Source of the DNA: Bradyrhizobium sp.
Lineage (GTDB): Bacteria; Pseudomonadota; Alphaproteobacteria; Rhizobiales; Xanthobacteraceae
Direction of reading: 5' to 3'
Length of the DNA stretch: 64,000 nt
Assembly (NCBI GenBank): GCA_036266415.1
Contig: DATANB010000083.1
Location: forward strand, 3,719 to 67,718
The notes below the pieces were generated by a model. The model was not told where the DNA came from, searched no databases, and worked only from the letters and a program-made list of their open reading frames with translations. Position numbers and translations under genes: made by a program. This document shows, piece after piece, positions 38,910 to 48,757 of the stretch. Numbering within the stretch: position 1 is the stretch's first letter; every line of letters starts with the position of its first letter.

Positions 38910-41900
38910 ATGCGAATCGAACGGCGCAACACCACTGAAGGCCAGTCACCCTACGCAGGAATTGATTTCAGATTGACGACATCTGAGATCCGAAATCCCG
39001 ACGGCTCGGTGGTTTTTCGGCTCGAAAACGTCGAGGTGCCGGAATTCTGGTCGCAGGTCGCCTCCGACGTGCTGGCGCAGAAGTATTTCCGCAAAGCCGG
39101 CGTCGCCGCGCGGCTGAAGAAGGTCGAGGAAGAGACCGTGCCGTCCTGGCTGTGGCGCTCGGTGCCGGACACCGAGGCGCTGGCCGACCTGCCGGAATCC
39201 CAGCGCTATGTCAGCGAACTCTCGGCCAAGCAGGTGTTCGATCGGCTCGCCGGCTGCTGGACCTATTGGGGCTGGAAGGGCGGCTACTTCTCCTCCGAAC
39301 AGGACGCCCGCGCCTTCTCCGACGAGCTGCGCTACATGCTGGCGAAACAGATGGTGGCGCCGAATTCGCCGCAATGGTTCAACACCGGCCTGCACTGGGC
39401 CTACGGCGTCGATGGCCCCGGCCAGGGCCATTATTACGTCGACTGGAAGACCGGCAAACTTACAAAATCGAAATCGGCCTACGAGCATCCGCAGCCGCAC
39501 GCCTGTTTCATCCAGGGCATCGAGGACGACCTCGTCAACGAGGGCGGCATCATGGACCTTTGGGTGCGCGAGGCCCGCCTGTTCAAATACGGCTCCGGCA
39601 CCGGCTCCAACTTCTCCCGCCTGCGCGGCGAAGGCGAAAGGCTGTCCGGCGGCGGCCGCTCAAGCGGCCTGATGAGCTTCCTCAAGATCGGCGACCGCGC
39701 CGCCGGGGCGATCAAGTCGGGCGGCACCACCCGCCGCGCCGCCAAGATGGTGGTGGTCGACGCCGACCACCCCGATATCGAGACCTATATCGACTGGAAG
39801 GTGAAGGAGGAGCAGAAGGTCGCAGCCCTCGTCACCGGCTCGAAACTCAACCAGCGCCACCTCAAGGCGGTGCTGAAGGCCTGCGTCAACTGCGAAGGAA
39901 GCGGCGACGACTGCTTCGATCCCGAAAAGAACCCGGCGCTCCGCCGCGAAATCAAACTCGCCCGCCGCGCCATGGTCACCGACGGCATGATCAAGCGCGT
40001 CATCCAGTTCGCCCGGCAAGGCTACAAGGACATCGATTTCCCGGTCTACGACACCGACTGGGATTCGGAGGCCTATCTCACGGTATCCGGCCAGAACTCC
40101 AACAACTCGGTCTCGCTGAAGGACGACTTTTTGCGCGCGGTGGAGACCGACGGGACGTGGGACCTGATCGGCCGCACCAGCAAGAAGATCACCAAGACTC
40201 TCAAAGCAAGAGACCTCTGGGAAAAAATCGGCCACGCCGCCTGGGCCTCGGCCGATCCCGGCCTGCACTTCAACACCACCATGAACGACTGGCACACCTG
40301 CAAGGCCTCGGGCGAGATCCGCGCCTCCAATCCCTGCTCGGAATACATGTTCCTGGACGACACCGCCTGCAATCTCGCCTCCGCCAACCTCATCACCTTC
40401 TACACCCCCGCGAGCGGGTCCACCCCCACCCATCCCTCCCCCGCAAGCGGGGGAGGGTTAGGGAGGGGGCATTTCGACGTCGATGCCTACGAGCACCTCT
40501 GCCGGCTTTGGACCGTCGTGCTCGAAATCTCCGTGATGATGGCGCAGTTTCCCTCCAAGGCGATCGCGGAATTGTCCTACGAATTCCGCACCCTGGGCTT
40601 GGGCTTCGCCAATATCGGCGGCCTCCTGATGACCATGGGCCTGTCCTACGATTCCAAGGAAGGCCGCGCGCTGTGCGGCGCGCTCTCGGCGATCATGACC
40701 GGGGTTGCCTACGCCACTTCGGCGGAGATGGCGAAAGAGCTCGGCCCGTTCCCCGGCTACAAGAAGAACGCCGCCCACATGCTGCGGGTGATCCGCAACC
40801 ACCGCCGCGCCGCCCACGGCGAATCCCGCGGCTATGAGGCGCTGGCCGTTAGTCCCGTGCCGCTGGATTACGCCAGCGTGCCGCAGGCCGATATCGTCGA
40901 GCGCGCCAAGGCCGCCTGGGACCGGGCGCTGGAAACCGGCGAACTCAACGGCTACCGCAATGCGCAGGTCACGGTGGTGGCGCCGACCGGCACCATTGGT
41001 CTCGTGATGGATTGCGACACGACCGGCATCGAGCCCGATTTCGCGCTGGTGAAATTCAAAAAGCTCGCCGGTGGCGGCTACTGGAAGATCATCAACCGCG
41101 CCGTACCGGAGGCGCTGCGCGCGCTCGGCTACCGCGAAAGCGACATCGCCGAGATCGAGGCCTATGCCGTCGGCCACGGCTCGCTCTCTAACGCGCCGGC
41201 GATCAACATATCCACGTTGAAGGCCAAGGGTTTTACCGACGAGGCTCTCGCAAAAGTTGAAGCCGCGCTGCCGACCGCGTTCGACATCAAATTCGCCTTC
41301 AACAAATGGACCTTTGGCGAGGACTTTTTGCGCGACACGCTCAAGATTGAGCCCGAAGCCATCGCGGCGCCGAACTTTGATCTTCTCAGCGCGGTGGGAT
41401 TCTCAAAGCGCGAGATCGAGGCGGCCAACGTGCACATCTGCGGCGCCATGACGGTGGAAGGCGCGCCGCATCTGAAGGCCGAGCACTACAGCGTGTTCGA
41501 CTGCGCCAACCCCTGCGGCAAGATCGGCAAGCGCTATCTGTCCGTGGAAAGCCACATCCGCATGATGGCAGCCTCCCAGCCGTTCATCTCGGGCGCGATC
41601 TCAAAGACCATCAACATGCCCAACGACGCCACGGTGGAGGATTGCAAGTCCGCCTATCTTCTGTCCTGGAAGCTCGCGCTGAAGGCCAACGCGCTCTACC
41701 GCGACGGCTCGAAGCTGTCGCAGCCGCTGAACTCGCAGCTGATCAGCGACGAGGACGAGGAAGACGACGCCATCGAGGCCTTCCTGGACAAGCCGATGGC
41801 CGCCCGCACCGCCGCGTTGTCGGAAAAGGTGGTGGAGCGGCTGGTCGAGCGCATCGTGGTCATGCGCGAGCGCGAGCGCATGCCTGATCGACGCAAGGGC

Positions 41901-42713
41901 TATACGCAAAAGGCCGTGGTCGGCGGCCACAAGGTGTACTTGCGCACCGGCGAATATGACGACGGCCGGATCGGCGAGATCTTCATCGACATGCACAAGG
42001 AAGGCGCCGCGCTGCGCTCCTTCATCAACAACTTCGCGATCGCGGTGTCGCTCGGCCTGCAATACGGCGTGCCGCTGGAGGAATATGTCGACGCCTTCAC
42101 CTTCACCCGCTTCGAGCCGGCCGGCCCGGTGCAGGGCAACGACAGCATCAAGTATGCGACCTCGATCCTGGACTATGTGTTCCGCGAGCTCGCGGTCAGC
42201 TACATGGGCCGGTTTGATCTGGCCCATGTCGACCCCTCCGAATCCAACTTCGACGCCATCGGCAAGGGCGTCGAGGAAGGCCGCGCGCCGGAAGCCCCCA
42301 GCAACAAGTATCTGTCCAAGGGCCTGACGAGATCGCGCACCGACAATCTCGTGGTGATGCGCGGCGCTTCACCCTCCCCCGCCGGTGGCGAGAATCAGGG
42401 AGGGGGGTCCAACGTCACGTCTCTCCCCTCGCACGCCCCGACCGCGCGCGCTTCTGACGCGGTGGAAGGCGCGGTCGCGCTGAAGCAGGAAACCCAGCAC
42501 GATTTGTCGCCGACCGAGAAGCTCGAAGCCCTGCAGTGGAGCAAGGCGGGCACTGCTGCCGCTGCCGCACCCTCCAAGGCCGAACGCCGGGCGGAAGCCA
42601 AGGCCAAGGGCTATGAAGGCGAGATGTGCGGCGAGTGCGGGAATTTTACGCTGGTGCGCAACGGCACCTGCATGAAGTGCGATACGTGCGGCAGCACGAC
42701 GGGGTGTAGCTGA
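38910..42713 (+). CDS. nrdJ: Vitamin B12-dependent (class II) ribonucleotide reductase
   Basis: [38 protein letters not shown]-terminal C..C...C..C. Confidence 0.95.
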   Translation: MRIERRNTTEGQSPYAGIDFRLTTSEIRNPDGSVVFRLENVEVPEFWSQVASDVLAQKYFRKAGVAARLKKVEEETVPSWLWRSVPDTEALADLPESQRYVSELSAKQVFDRLAGCWTYWGWKGGYFSSEQDARAFSDELRYMLAKQMVAPNSPQWFNTGLHWAYGVDGPGQGHYYVDWKTGKLTKSKSAYEHPQPHACFIQGIEDDLVNEGGIMDLWVREARLFKYGSGTGSNFSRLRGEGERLSGGGRSSGLMSFLKIGDRAAGAIKSGGTTRRAAKMVVVDADHPDIETYIDWKVKEEQKVAALVTGSKLNQRHLKAVLKACVNCEGSGDDCFDPEKNPALRREIKLARRAMVTDGMIKRVIQFARQGYKDIDFPVYDTDWDSEAYLTVSGQNSNNSVSLKDDFLRAVETDGTWDLIGRTSKKITKTLKARDLWEKIGHAAWASADPGLHFNTTMNDWHTCKASGEIRASNPCSEYMFLDDTACNLASANLITFYTPASGSTPTHPSPASGGGLGRGHFDVDAYEHLCRLWTVVLEISVMMAQFPSKAIAELSYEFRTLGLGFANIGGLLMTMGLSYDSKEGRALCGALSAIMTGVAYATSAEMAKELGPFPGYKKNAAHMLRVIRNHRRAAHGESRGYEALAVSPVPLDYASVPQADIVERAKAAWDRALETGELNGYRNAQVTVVAPTGTIGLVMDCDTTGIEPDFALVKFKKLAGGGYWKIINRAVPEALRALGYRESDIAEIEAYAVGHGSLSNAPAINISTLKAKGFTDEALAKVEAALPTAFDIKFAFNKWTFGEDFLRDTLKIEPEAIAAPNFDLLSAVGFSKREIEAANVHICGAMTVEGAPHLKAEHYSVFDCANPCGKIGKRYLSVESHIRMMAASQPFISGAISKTINMPNDATVEDCKSAYLLSWKLALKANALYRDGSKLSQPLNSQLISDEDEEDDAIEAFLDKPMAARTAALSEKVVERLVERIVVMRERERMPDRRKGYTQKAVVGGHKVYLRTGEYDDGRIGEIFIDMHKEGAALRSFINNFAIAVSLGLQYGVPLEEYVDAFTFTRFEPAGPVQGNDSIKYATSILDYVFRELAVSYMGRFDLAHVDPSESNFDAIGKGVEEGRAPEAPSNKYLSKGLTRSRTDNLVVMRGASPSPAGGENQGGGSNVTSLPSHAPTARASDAVEGAVALKQETQHDLSPTEKLEALQWSKAGTAAAAAPSKAERRAEAKAKGYEGEMCGECGNFTLVRNGTCMKCDTCGSTTGCS
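40423..40469. repeat. CCCTCCCC-family palindromic element inserted in-frame in nrdJ
   Basis: cccccacccat-ccctcccccg-caag-cgggggaggg-ttagggaggggg; related to the intergenic element at 47413-47589. Confidence 0.8.
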
Positions 42714-42748
42714 ACAACCTGAAACGCAAGCCGCTCTCGGAGGCATTC

Positions 42749-43000
42749 ATGCCTGTCGTGTTCCGCCATAGCGGCTTGCGCTACTTCTCGAACGAAGGCC
42801 AGCCGCCCGAGCCGCCTCACATTCATATCAAGGGCGGGGGCCGGGACGCAAAGGTCTGGCTTGAGCCGGAGATTTCGATTGGCGACAGTTTTGGCTTCAA
42901 TCCTCGCGAACTTTCGAATATCCTGCGGGTTGTTGTGGAGAACCGCGATCTCATTCTGAGAGCTTGGCATGACCATTTCGGCAACCAGCGTCCGCTTTGA
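42749..43000 (+). CDS. DUF4160 family protein (putative toxin, HicA-like fold)
   Basis: MPVVFR...SNEG.P.EPPHIHI...AKVWL...GF...EL..I...W. Confidence 0.8.
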   Translation: MPVVFRHSGLRYFSNEGQPPEPPHIHIKGGGRDAKVWLEPEISIGDSFGFNPRELSNILRVVVENRDLILRAWHDHFGNQRPL

Positions 43001-43217
43001 CGAAGACACGATGTGGGTCGAACTGACCGACGGGCGGACGCTCGGCGTGCCGCTGGCGTGGTTTCCGCGGCTGTTGCGCGCGACGCCGGTCGAACGTGAA
43101 CAGGTGGAGTTGAGCCGCGTCGGCCTGCACTGGGAAGTCCTCGATGAGGACATCTCTATCGCAGGCTTGCTAGCCGGACGCGGCGATGTGACAAGATCGA
43201 CGGAGCGCGCGGCCTAG
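42969..43217 (+). CDS. DUF2442 family protein (putative antitoxin)
   Basis: V.L.DGR.LGVPLAWFPRL..AT...R......GLHW..LDEDISI.GLL; overlaps the DUF4160 gene. Confidence 0.85.
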   Translation: MTISATSVRFDEDTMWVELTDGRTLGVPLAWFPRLLRATPVEREQVELSRVGLHWEVLDEDISIAGLLAGRGDVTRSTERAA

Positions 43218-43220
43218 CTT

Positions 43221-43402
43221 GTAGCGCGGACTGGAGCCCCGTCCGCCGTAGCTCAACGAGCGAGGGGCACTCTATTCCGTCATTCCGGGGCGATGCGAAG
43301 CATCGAACCCGGAATCTCGAGATTCCGGGTCTGGTGCTAACGCACCATCCCGGAAAGACGCCATCGCGACGGGTAAGAGGGCGGATCAATGATCCGCCCT
43401 AC
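43221..43402. repeat. Composite repeat: GTAG...CTAC REP arms enclosing a family-A element (43278-43360)
   Basis: gtagcgcgga... on the left, ggcggatcaatgatccgccctac on the right, nested cgtcattccgggg...cccggaaagacg. Confidence 0.75.
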
Positions 43403-43462
43403 GCTCCTCCGCCCGGATCGAAAATGCGGGCCTTTCTAACTATCGGAAAATGAGTCATTTTT

Positions 43463-43553
43463 CGTCGTGGCCGGGCTCGTCCCGGCCATCCACGTCTTGC
43501 TTTGCGTATCTGGAACAAGGACAGGGATGCCCGACCCAAGGCCGGGCCTGACG
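43463..43553. repeat. CGTC-tagged REP-like element, family C (cgtcgtggccggg...ccgggcctgacg)
   Basis: tggccggg-ctcgt-cccggcca hairpin plus terminal CGTC/GACG. Confidence 0.75.
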
Positions 43554-43568
43554 AGGAAAGAGTTGGGA

Positions 43569-45326
43569 ATGTCCACCGCCCTGAACGACACGACCATCGC
43601 CACCCTCGCGCCCGAACTCGATGCGCTGGCGGCGGAAGCGATGGCGGAGTGGAAGGTGCCCGCGGTCACGCTCGCGGTCGTGCAGAACGGCGAGACCGCC
43701 CTGCTCAAGGCCTGGGGCCGGCGCGACGCGGAGGCTGGCCTTGCGGCGACGCCGCAGACGCAATTTTTGATCTGCTCGATCACCAAGACCTTTACCGCCA
43801 CGGCGCTCGCGCTGCTGGTCGACGAAGGCCGTCTCGACTGGAGCAGGCCGGTCCGCGACTACATTCCCGAATTCCGCCTGCGCGATCCGGTCGCGACCGA
43901 GCGCGTCACCGTGCGCGACCTGCTCTGCCACCATTCCGGCCTGCCCCGCCACGACTGGATCTGGATTCCCGGCGATCTCTCCCGCACCGAGATGATGACG
44001 GCGCTCCGTCACCTCGAGCCGGCCCGGGATATCCGGACCGAATTTCAATACAACAATCTCGCCTATAACGCCGCCGGCATCGCCGCCGAGCGCATCAGCG
44101 GCCAGAGTTATGAGGAATTCATCCGCGCGCGGCTGACGGACAAATTGCAGATGCCGGTCGGCTTTTCGGCGCAGGACTTCGCCGCGGCCGAGGATGCCGC
44201 CGTTCCCTATCTGGTGGAACGCGACGACGAGCGCCGGCGCAGCAAGTTCTTTCCGATTCCCACGACGGCCGCCGGCGCGATCGTCACCTCGATTGCCGCC
44301 ATCGCCAACTGGATGAAATTCCTGCTGGCCGAAGGCGAATTCGAAGGCCGGCGCCTGCTGTCCGCCACGCTCATCCGGCAGATGCAGGCGCCCCGCGTCT
44401 TCGCGGGCGCACCCGAATTCAGGGAGTTCGGTCCTTCGCATTACGGACTGGGCTTCGGCTCGTTCACCTACCGGGGGGAGCGCGCCGTCGGGCACTCCGG
44501 CGGCTGGCTCGGCTGGAGCACGCTGATGCGCCTCATCCCCGAGCGCAACATCGGTGTCGCCGTATTCACCAACACCGGCGGCAACCCGGTGCCGGCAATC
44601 CTGATCAACCGCATTCTCGATCACGCCTGCGGCAACGCGCCGGTGCCGTGGCTCGATCGGCTGCGCGACATGCGCCGCAAGACGCTGGCGCAGTGGAACT
44701 CCGACGTGGCGGCGCGGCCGGCAGAGCGCAAGCCGAACACGAAGCCAAGCCATGATCTCGCGGACTTTTGCGGCGCCTACGAACATCCGGCCTATGGCCG
44801 GGTGCTGATCACACTCGACGGAGACAACCTGCACTGGGCCTGGCGCAGCACGAAGGCGTCCCTCTCACACCTGCACTACGATTCATTCCAGCTGCCCTAC
44901 ATTTTCGGCGAGCTCAATCCGGACGAGCTCGTGATCTCCTTTGCGACCGACCGCGACGGCAACATCGCGAGCCTCTCGGCCCAGCTCGAGGCGCTGGTTG
45001 CGGACATCGTCTTCACCCGCGCGCCCGACGGCGACTGCATGGACCCGAAATTCCGCGCGGCCTGCATCGGCCATTATACGCGCGGCGATGCTACCCAGGT
45101 CGTTGCGCAGGACGCCGAGGGCCAGCTCACGCTCAAGACCCCGCTCGCTCCGCTCTACCGGCTGCGGCCCTATCAGGGGGCGACCTTCGGCATCGTCGAC
45201 CTCGACGGCTATCGCGTCGAATTCCGGCGCGGCGTGGCCGGCACCGTCGACGAATTCGTGTGGCACACCCCGAACGGCCCCTTCATCGCCAAGCGGGCGG
45301 ATGGCTCGCCAACGGCGGATCAATGA
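43569..45326 (+). CDS. Serine hydrolase (beta-lactamase class C-like) with C-terminal DUF3471-like domains
   Basis: F.ICSITK (SxxK), LLCHHSGLP, FQYNN (YxN), HSGG. Confidence 0.88.
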   Translation: MSTALNDTTIATLAPELDALAAEAMAEWKVPAVTLAVVQNGETALLKAWGRRDAEAGLAATPQTQFLICSITKTFTATALALLVDEGRLDWSRPVRDYIPEFRLRDPVATERVTVRDLLCHHSGLPRHDWIWIPGDLSRTEMMTALRHLEPARDIRTEFQYNNLAYNAAGIAAERISGQSYEEFIRARLTDKLQMPVGFSAQDFAAAEDAAVPYLVERDDERRRSKFFPIPTTAAGAIVTSIAAIANWMKFLLAEGEFEGRRLLSATLIRQMQAPRVFAGAPEFREFGPSHYGLGFGSFTYRGERAVGHSGGWLGWSTLMRLIPERNIGVAVFTNTGGNPVPAILINRILDHACGNAPVPWLDRLRDMRRKTLAQWNSDVAARPAERKPNTKPSHDLADFCGAYEHPAYGRVLITLDGDNLHWAWRSTKASLSHLHYDSFQLPYIFGELNPDELVISFATDRDGNIASLSAQLEALVADIVFTRAPDGDCMDPKFRAACIGHYTRGDATQVVAQDAEGQLTLKTPLAPLYRLRPYQGATFGIVDLDGYRVEFRRGVAGTVDEFVWHTPNGPFIAKRADGSPTADQ

Positions 45327-45369
45327 TCCGCGCTACCCGCCCTGCGGACTGGCGATGCGAAGTCCGGGT

Positions 45370-45618
45370 TCAGTAGCGCTTGACGCCGGCGGTGTGGTGT
45401 CCGCGATGCGGCCGTACCGACATCTGCGGTCCCGACACGTCAGCGAGCGGCGCTTGCGCGGCCATCGTACGCGAAAATCCGCGGCCATCGTTCGAATAGA
45501 TGGAGAAGTTGGGGTCCAGGGATGCGGCCGCGGCGGGCTCCGAGACCTGTGCCGAGGCGGGCGTGGCAAGGAGCGCGGAAAGAACGAGCGTCGCGCCCAA
45601 AAATCTGAAGCTGGTCAT
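45370..45618 (-). CDS. Small secreted hypothetical protein
   Basis: SD AGGAGG, signal peptide ending ASA. Confidence 0.65.
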   Translation of the reverse strand: MTSFRFLGATLVLSALLATPASAQVSEPAAAASLDPNFSIYSNDGRGFSRTMAAQAPLADVSGPQMSVRPHRGHHTAGVKRY

Positions 45619-45792
45619 GAAATCCTCCTGTCACCGGCACGCAACCCACGCGCGTGCCGTCCGTTAACATGACTGACAGTTAGGCGCTGCCATTCCCTTC
45701 GCGCAGCGGTGGCGCAATCACGCCTCGGCGATCGGCGTGTGATGTCACACAGGATCAGCCCGTCGGCGGATCGGAGCGAAACGCAACTATGC

Positions 45793-45875
45793 CGTCATTC
45801 CGGGGCGATGCGAAGCATCGAACCCGGAATCTCGAGATTCCGGGTCTGGTGCTAACGCACCATCCCGGAATGACG
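45793..45875. repeat. REP-like element, family A (one mismatch to 43278-43360)
   Basis: 83-bp near-identical direct copy. Confidence 0.88.
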
Positions 45876-45983
45876 GGGTCGGTGGATTGCTTCGCGGCCT
45901 CTTGGCTTCGCTCGCGCGACGCGCTTCACCGCGCTCGCGGGCGGCAAGCTCGCTAACGGCGGATCAATGATCCGCGCTGCGGG

Positions 45984-46226
45984 CTAATGTCGATCGGTGG
46001 CCAGGACGATCGGCGGCCATTCGTCGATGGGTTTGCGGGCGCTCTGGTCGACGGCCACGCTGGTCGGCTGGGGCGACGCCGGTGCGGCCGCCTGGGGCGC
46101 GGGATTGGTCGGCGCGGCGGTCGCAACGACCTGGTCCTGGGCGCTGGCCTCATGATCCCACTCGCACGCGGCGGCCGGAGCGGCGGCAAGAGCAGCGAAG
46201 GATGCGGCAACAAGAAGCTTCTTCAT
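45984..46226 (-). CDS. Small secreted hypothetical protein
   Basis: SD AGGGAG, MKKLLVAASFAALAAAPAAA signal peptide. Confidence 0.65.
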   Translation of the reverse strand: MKKLLVAASFAALAAAPAAACEWDHEASAQDQVVATAAPTNPAPQAAAPASPQPTSVAVDQSARKPIDEWPPIVLATDRH

Positions 46227-46350
46227 GGAACGGCTCCCTTTGATGTCGCTACACTCTACCACGGCCGGGACGGCGCCGAACGGCTCACCGCGATCACGAA
46301 ACCGTAAACTCGCCACTCGCATCAGCGCAGCGCTATGTGGGCCTATACTC

Positions 46351-46465
46351 TGTCATTCCGGGTCATTCCGAGACGATGCGAAGCATCGAACCCGGAATCT
46401 CGAGATTCCCCGATGCGCAATTGCGCATCTGAGGTCTGGTGCTAACGCACCATCCCGGAATGACG
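46351..46465. repeat. REP-like element, family A variant with a duplicated left end and internal gatgcgcaattgcgcatc palindrome
   Basis: Shares core and downstream gggtcggtggattgctt with the 45793 copy. Confidence 0.82.
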
Positions 46466-46622
46466 GGGTCGGTGGATTGCTTTGAGCTGCCTGGCGAAAA
46501 GCGGCAGCCGTGGCCGGAATGCGGCGTTACCGGTCGCATCACCCCCACCGGAGTTGTGGGCGGCTTCGTCATGCCAAGGCTGCCGAATCTCTTATAGCAG
46601 AACCCATGAGATGAGGGACAGC

Positions 46623-46783
46623 GTAGGGCGGATTAGCGTCAGCGTAATCCGCCACTGTCGGATGCAGAAGGCGGATTACGCTGCGCTAATCCGCCCTACA
46701 GGCTGATGCAGCTCGTAGGGCGGATTGGAGCCGACCCCGTGCTCCCGTAGCTCAACGAGCGAACGCGGAAGGCGTAATCCGCC
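46623..46783. repeat. GTAG-family REP doublet (46623-46699) plus a third interrupted copy (46715-46783)
   Basis: gtagggcggattagcgtcagcgtaatccgcc / ggcggattacgctgcgctaatccgccctac. Confidence 0.85.
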
Positions 46784-46819
46784 ACGGTCTGTCGTTGCCT
46801 GACGAGCGGGCGGACCGAA

Positions 46820-47405
46820 TTGATTTTGCCCGAGGCGGGCAAATCACCACCGTCTCGTGCCGGCTGCCTGTCCAGCCCCCTTCGCAAAAATATTTCTGTT
46901 TTTCCGAAACCCAAATCAGCGCTATATTCCCCGCCATCCCGTCCCGCTGCGAGGGGACGTTGGCCATCGTCACGAACGTTGGGACGGGATGCGGTGGACG
47001 CGGATCGCGCTTTAGACGAAGGCGCGTGATCCCGCCTTCGCTAAAGTTTCGGCGGACGGGTACCAAGCCCGTCGAAGCCTTTGGCGTAGACGGCTGCGGA
47101 CGGCGAAGTCGTGTGGTCCTGACGCCCCGACGCTGGCGTCAAGTTCTTGAGAAGCAAGCTTCTCAGGGATGACAGTGGCAAGAAAGCCCGGTCGCTGGGG
47201 AGAGCGCGAAGGAAACCGTTAAAACCATTGCGCGGGGAATGCCGGGCGATTCCGGCGTGACCTGACGAACGCGTGTGCGTCTCTCACTACCATTGCACAC
47301 GCGGCCATCGGGCGCATCGGGCGCCCGGCATTCCCTGCGCCCTCTTAGCGAGAGGGCGGGAATTTGAAAGCAAACCTCGCGCGGAACACGCGGCGAGATC
47401 GCGAA
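46820..47405 (+). ncRNA. Long structured non-coding element (candidate large ncRNA or non-autonomous mobile repeat)
   Basis: No credible ORF; many helices including 46935-46945/46981-46991 and 47230-47248/47322-47340; leader duplicated at 48582-48686. Confidence 0.55.
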
Positions 47406-47412
47406 GTCATGA

Positions 47413-47589
47413 CTCCCCTCCTACCGCGAAGCGGTGGGGAGGGGTTGGAGGTGGGGGGTCTGTCAGCAGAAACCGCTGCTTCAATGTGTGGGGGGTCTGT
47501 CAGCAGGAAGCGCTGCTTCAATGTATGCCGCACCGCCCCCCACCCCCGACCCCTCCCCACCACGCGCAAGGCGCGTGGGAGGAGGGGAG
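47413..47589. repeat. CCCTCCCC-family REP-like doublet with an internal 37-bp tandem duplication
   Basis: ctcccctcc...ggaggggag termini; near-identical units at 47451-47487 and 47488-47524. Confidence 0.8.
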
Positions 47590-47640
47590 CAACAGTGGCG
47601 CGACCGGTGTAACGGCGGAGCAATGATCCGCCCCAAACCG

Positions 47641-48480
47641 CTACCGCTTCGGCTCCCAGCGATAGGCCCGGGCGCAGGCGCCGCCCATCAGCATGGCGCG
47701 CTCGCTGTCGGAAAGCCGGCTGGTGGTGCGGAAGGGCTCGACGCCTTGCGCGTAGTTGACGACGGCAAACGCGCGGGTCCAGTCGGTGCCCCACAGGCAG
47801 CGATCGAAACCCCAGGCATCGAACAGGCGCGCCAGCGGATCCCAGATATCAGGAAAAGGATACGGCTCGCGCGACAGCGTGCAGGCGCCGCTGACCTTGA
47901 TCACCGCGTTCTTGCGGCTGGCGAGCGCCAGCACCTTCGGCAAGGCGGCCCAGGGCTCGGGCGGCGCCGGCGGGGTGCGCGGCTGCAAGATGCCGAGATG
48001 GTCGATGATGAAGCGCGTGTCGGGATTGCGATCGATCAGCGCGGTGCCCGCCTCCAGATTGTCCCAGCACAGCAGGTTGACCGGAAAGTCGTAGCGCACC
48101 GCCGCGCGGGCGATGCGGTCGAGGCCGGGATCATCGGCCGCGCGCTTGTTCTCCTTCGTCAGCATGATGCGGATTCCGACGGCTCCGTCCGTCTTCTTCC
48201 AGTCGGCGACGACATCGGCGACATCGGGGTTATCGGGGTCGACCGGCTTGACGATGGCGATGCGGCCGGGATGGGCGCGCTGCACCTCCACGGCGTAGCT
48301 CGCGTCATAGCGGTACATCGAAAACGCGGAGATGAAGATGGCGCCGTCGACGCCGACCTTGTCCATCGCCGCCACCATCTCGTCGCCGGTGACATGCGCG
48401 GGCCAGTTCGGCACGGTGGCCCACGGCCGCTTCGGCGTGTTCGCCTCATAGGCATGAACCTGGGAATCGATAATCGCCAT
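47641..48480 (-). CDS. Amidohydrolase_2 family protein
   Basis: IIDSQVH, IDHLG, KVSG, WGTDW; SD AAGGAG. Confidence 0.88.
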   Translation of the reverse strand: MAIIDSQVHAYEANTPKRPWATVPNWPAHVTGDEMVAAMDKVGVDGAIFISAFSMYRYDASYAVEVQRAHPGRIAIVKPVDPDNPDVADVVADWKKTDGAVGIRIMLTKENKRAADDPGLDRIARAAVRYDFPVNLLCWDNLEAGTALIDRNPDTRFIIDHLGILQPRTPPAPPEPWAALPKVLALASRKNAVIKVSGACTLSREPYPFPDIWDPLARLFDAWGFDRCLWGTDWTRAFAVVNYAQGVEPFRTTSRLSDSERAMLMGGACARAYRWEPKR

Positions 48481-48581
48481 CGGCAGCTCCTTCTGGTGCG
48501 GGCGGAGTTTGGACATTGCGACTGGCCGGTGTCCAGAGGGCAAAGGCGTTCGCTGGTATGACGCGTGGCGCGGGCCGAAGA

Positions 48582-48686
48582 GATTTCGCGCCCACCGGGC
48601 AAATCAGCAGCGTCTTTATGCTGGTGGATGTCCAGCCCCGCGGGCGAAAATATTTCTGTTTTTCCGAAAATCAAATCAGCGTATAT
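48582..48686 (+). repeat. Truncated copy of the 46820 element leader
   Basis: gggcaaatca...tgtccagcccc...aaaatatttctgtttttccgaaa..caaatcagcg.tatat shared with 46820-46927. Confidence 0.75.
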
Positions 48687-48757
48687 CGATGGACGCGGCG
48701 CGGCGCAGAGTCCGCCTGAAGTCTGTTGGCTGTTTGAAAATAGAATCCGACTATCTC

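Noticed and set aside
43467-43568. Upstream start for the serine hydrolase (MAGLVPAIHV...)
   Set aside because: This peptide is the translation of the family-C REP, a common annotation artefact; similar REP-derived ORFs at 30196, 43156 and 46225 were also rejected
45737-45750. gtgtgatgtcacac palindrome resembling a CRP/FNR site
   Set aside because: Half-sites are separated by 2 nt rather than 6; cannot assign a regulator
47451-47524. 37-bp direct repeat of CRISPR-like length
   Set aside because: Two abutting copies with no spacer inside a REP doublet; a simple tandem duplication
43221-47640. Possible CRISPR array from recurring short palindromes
   Set aside because: Spacing is irregular, repeats belong to several families, spacers are whole genes, and no cas genes are present
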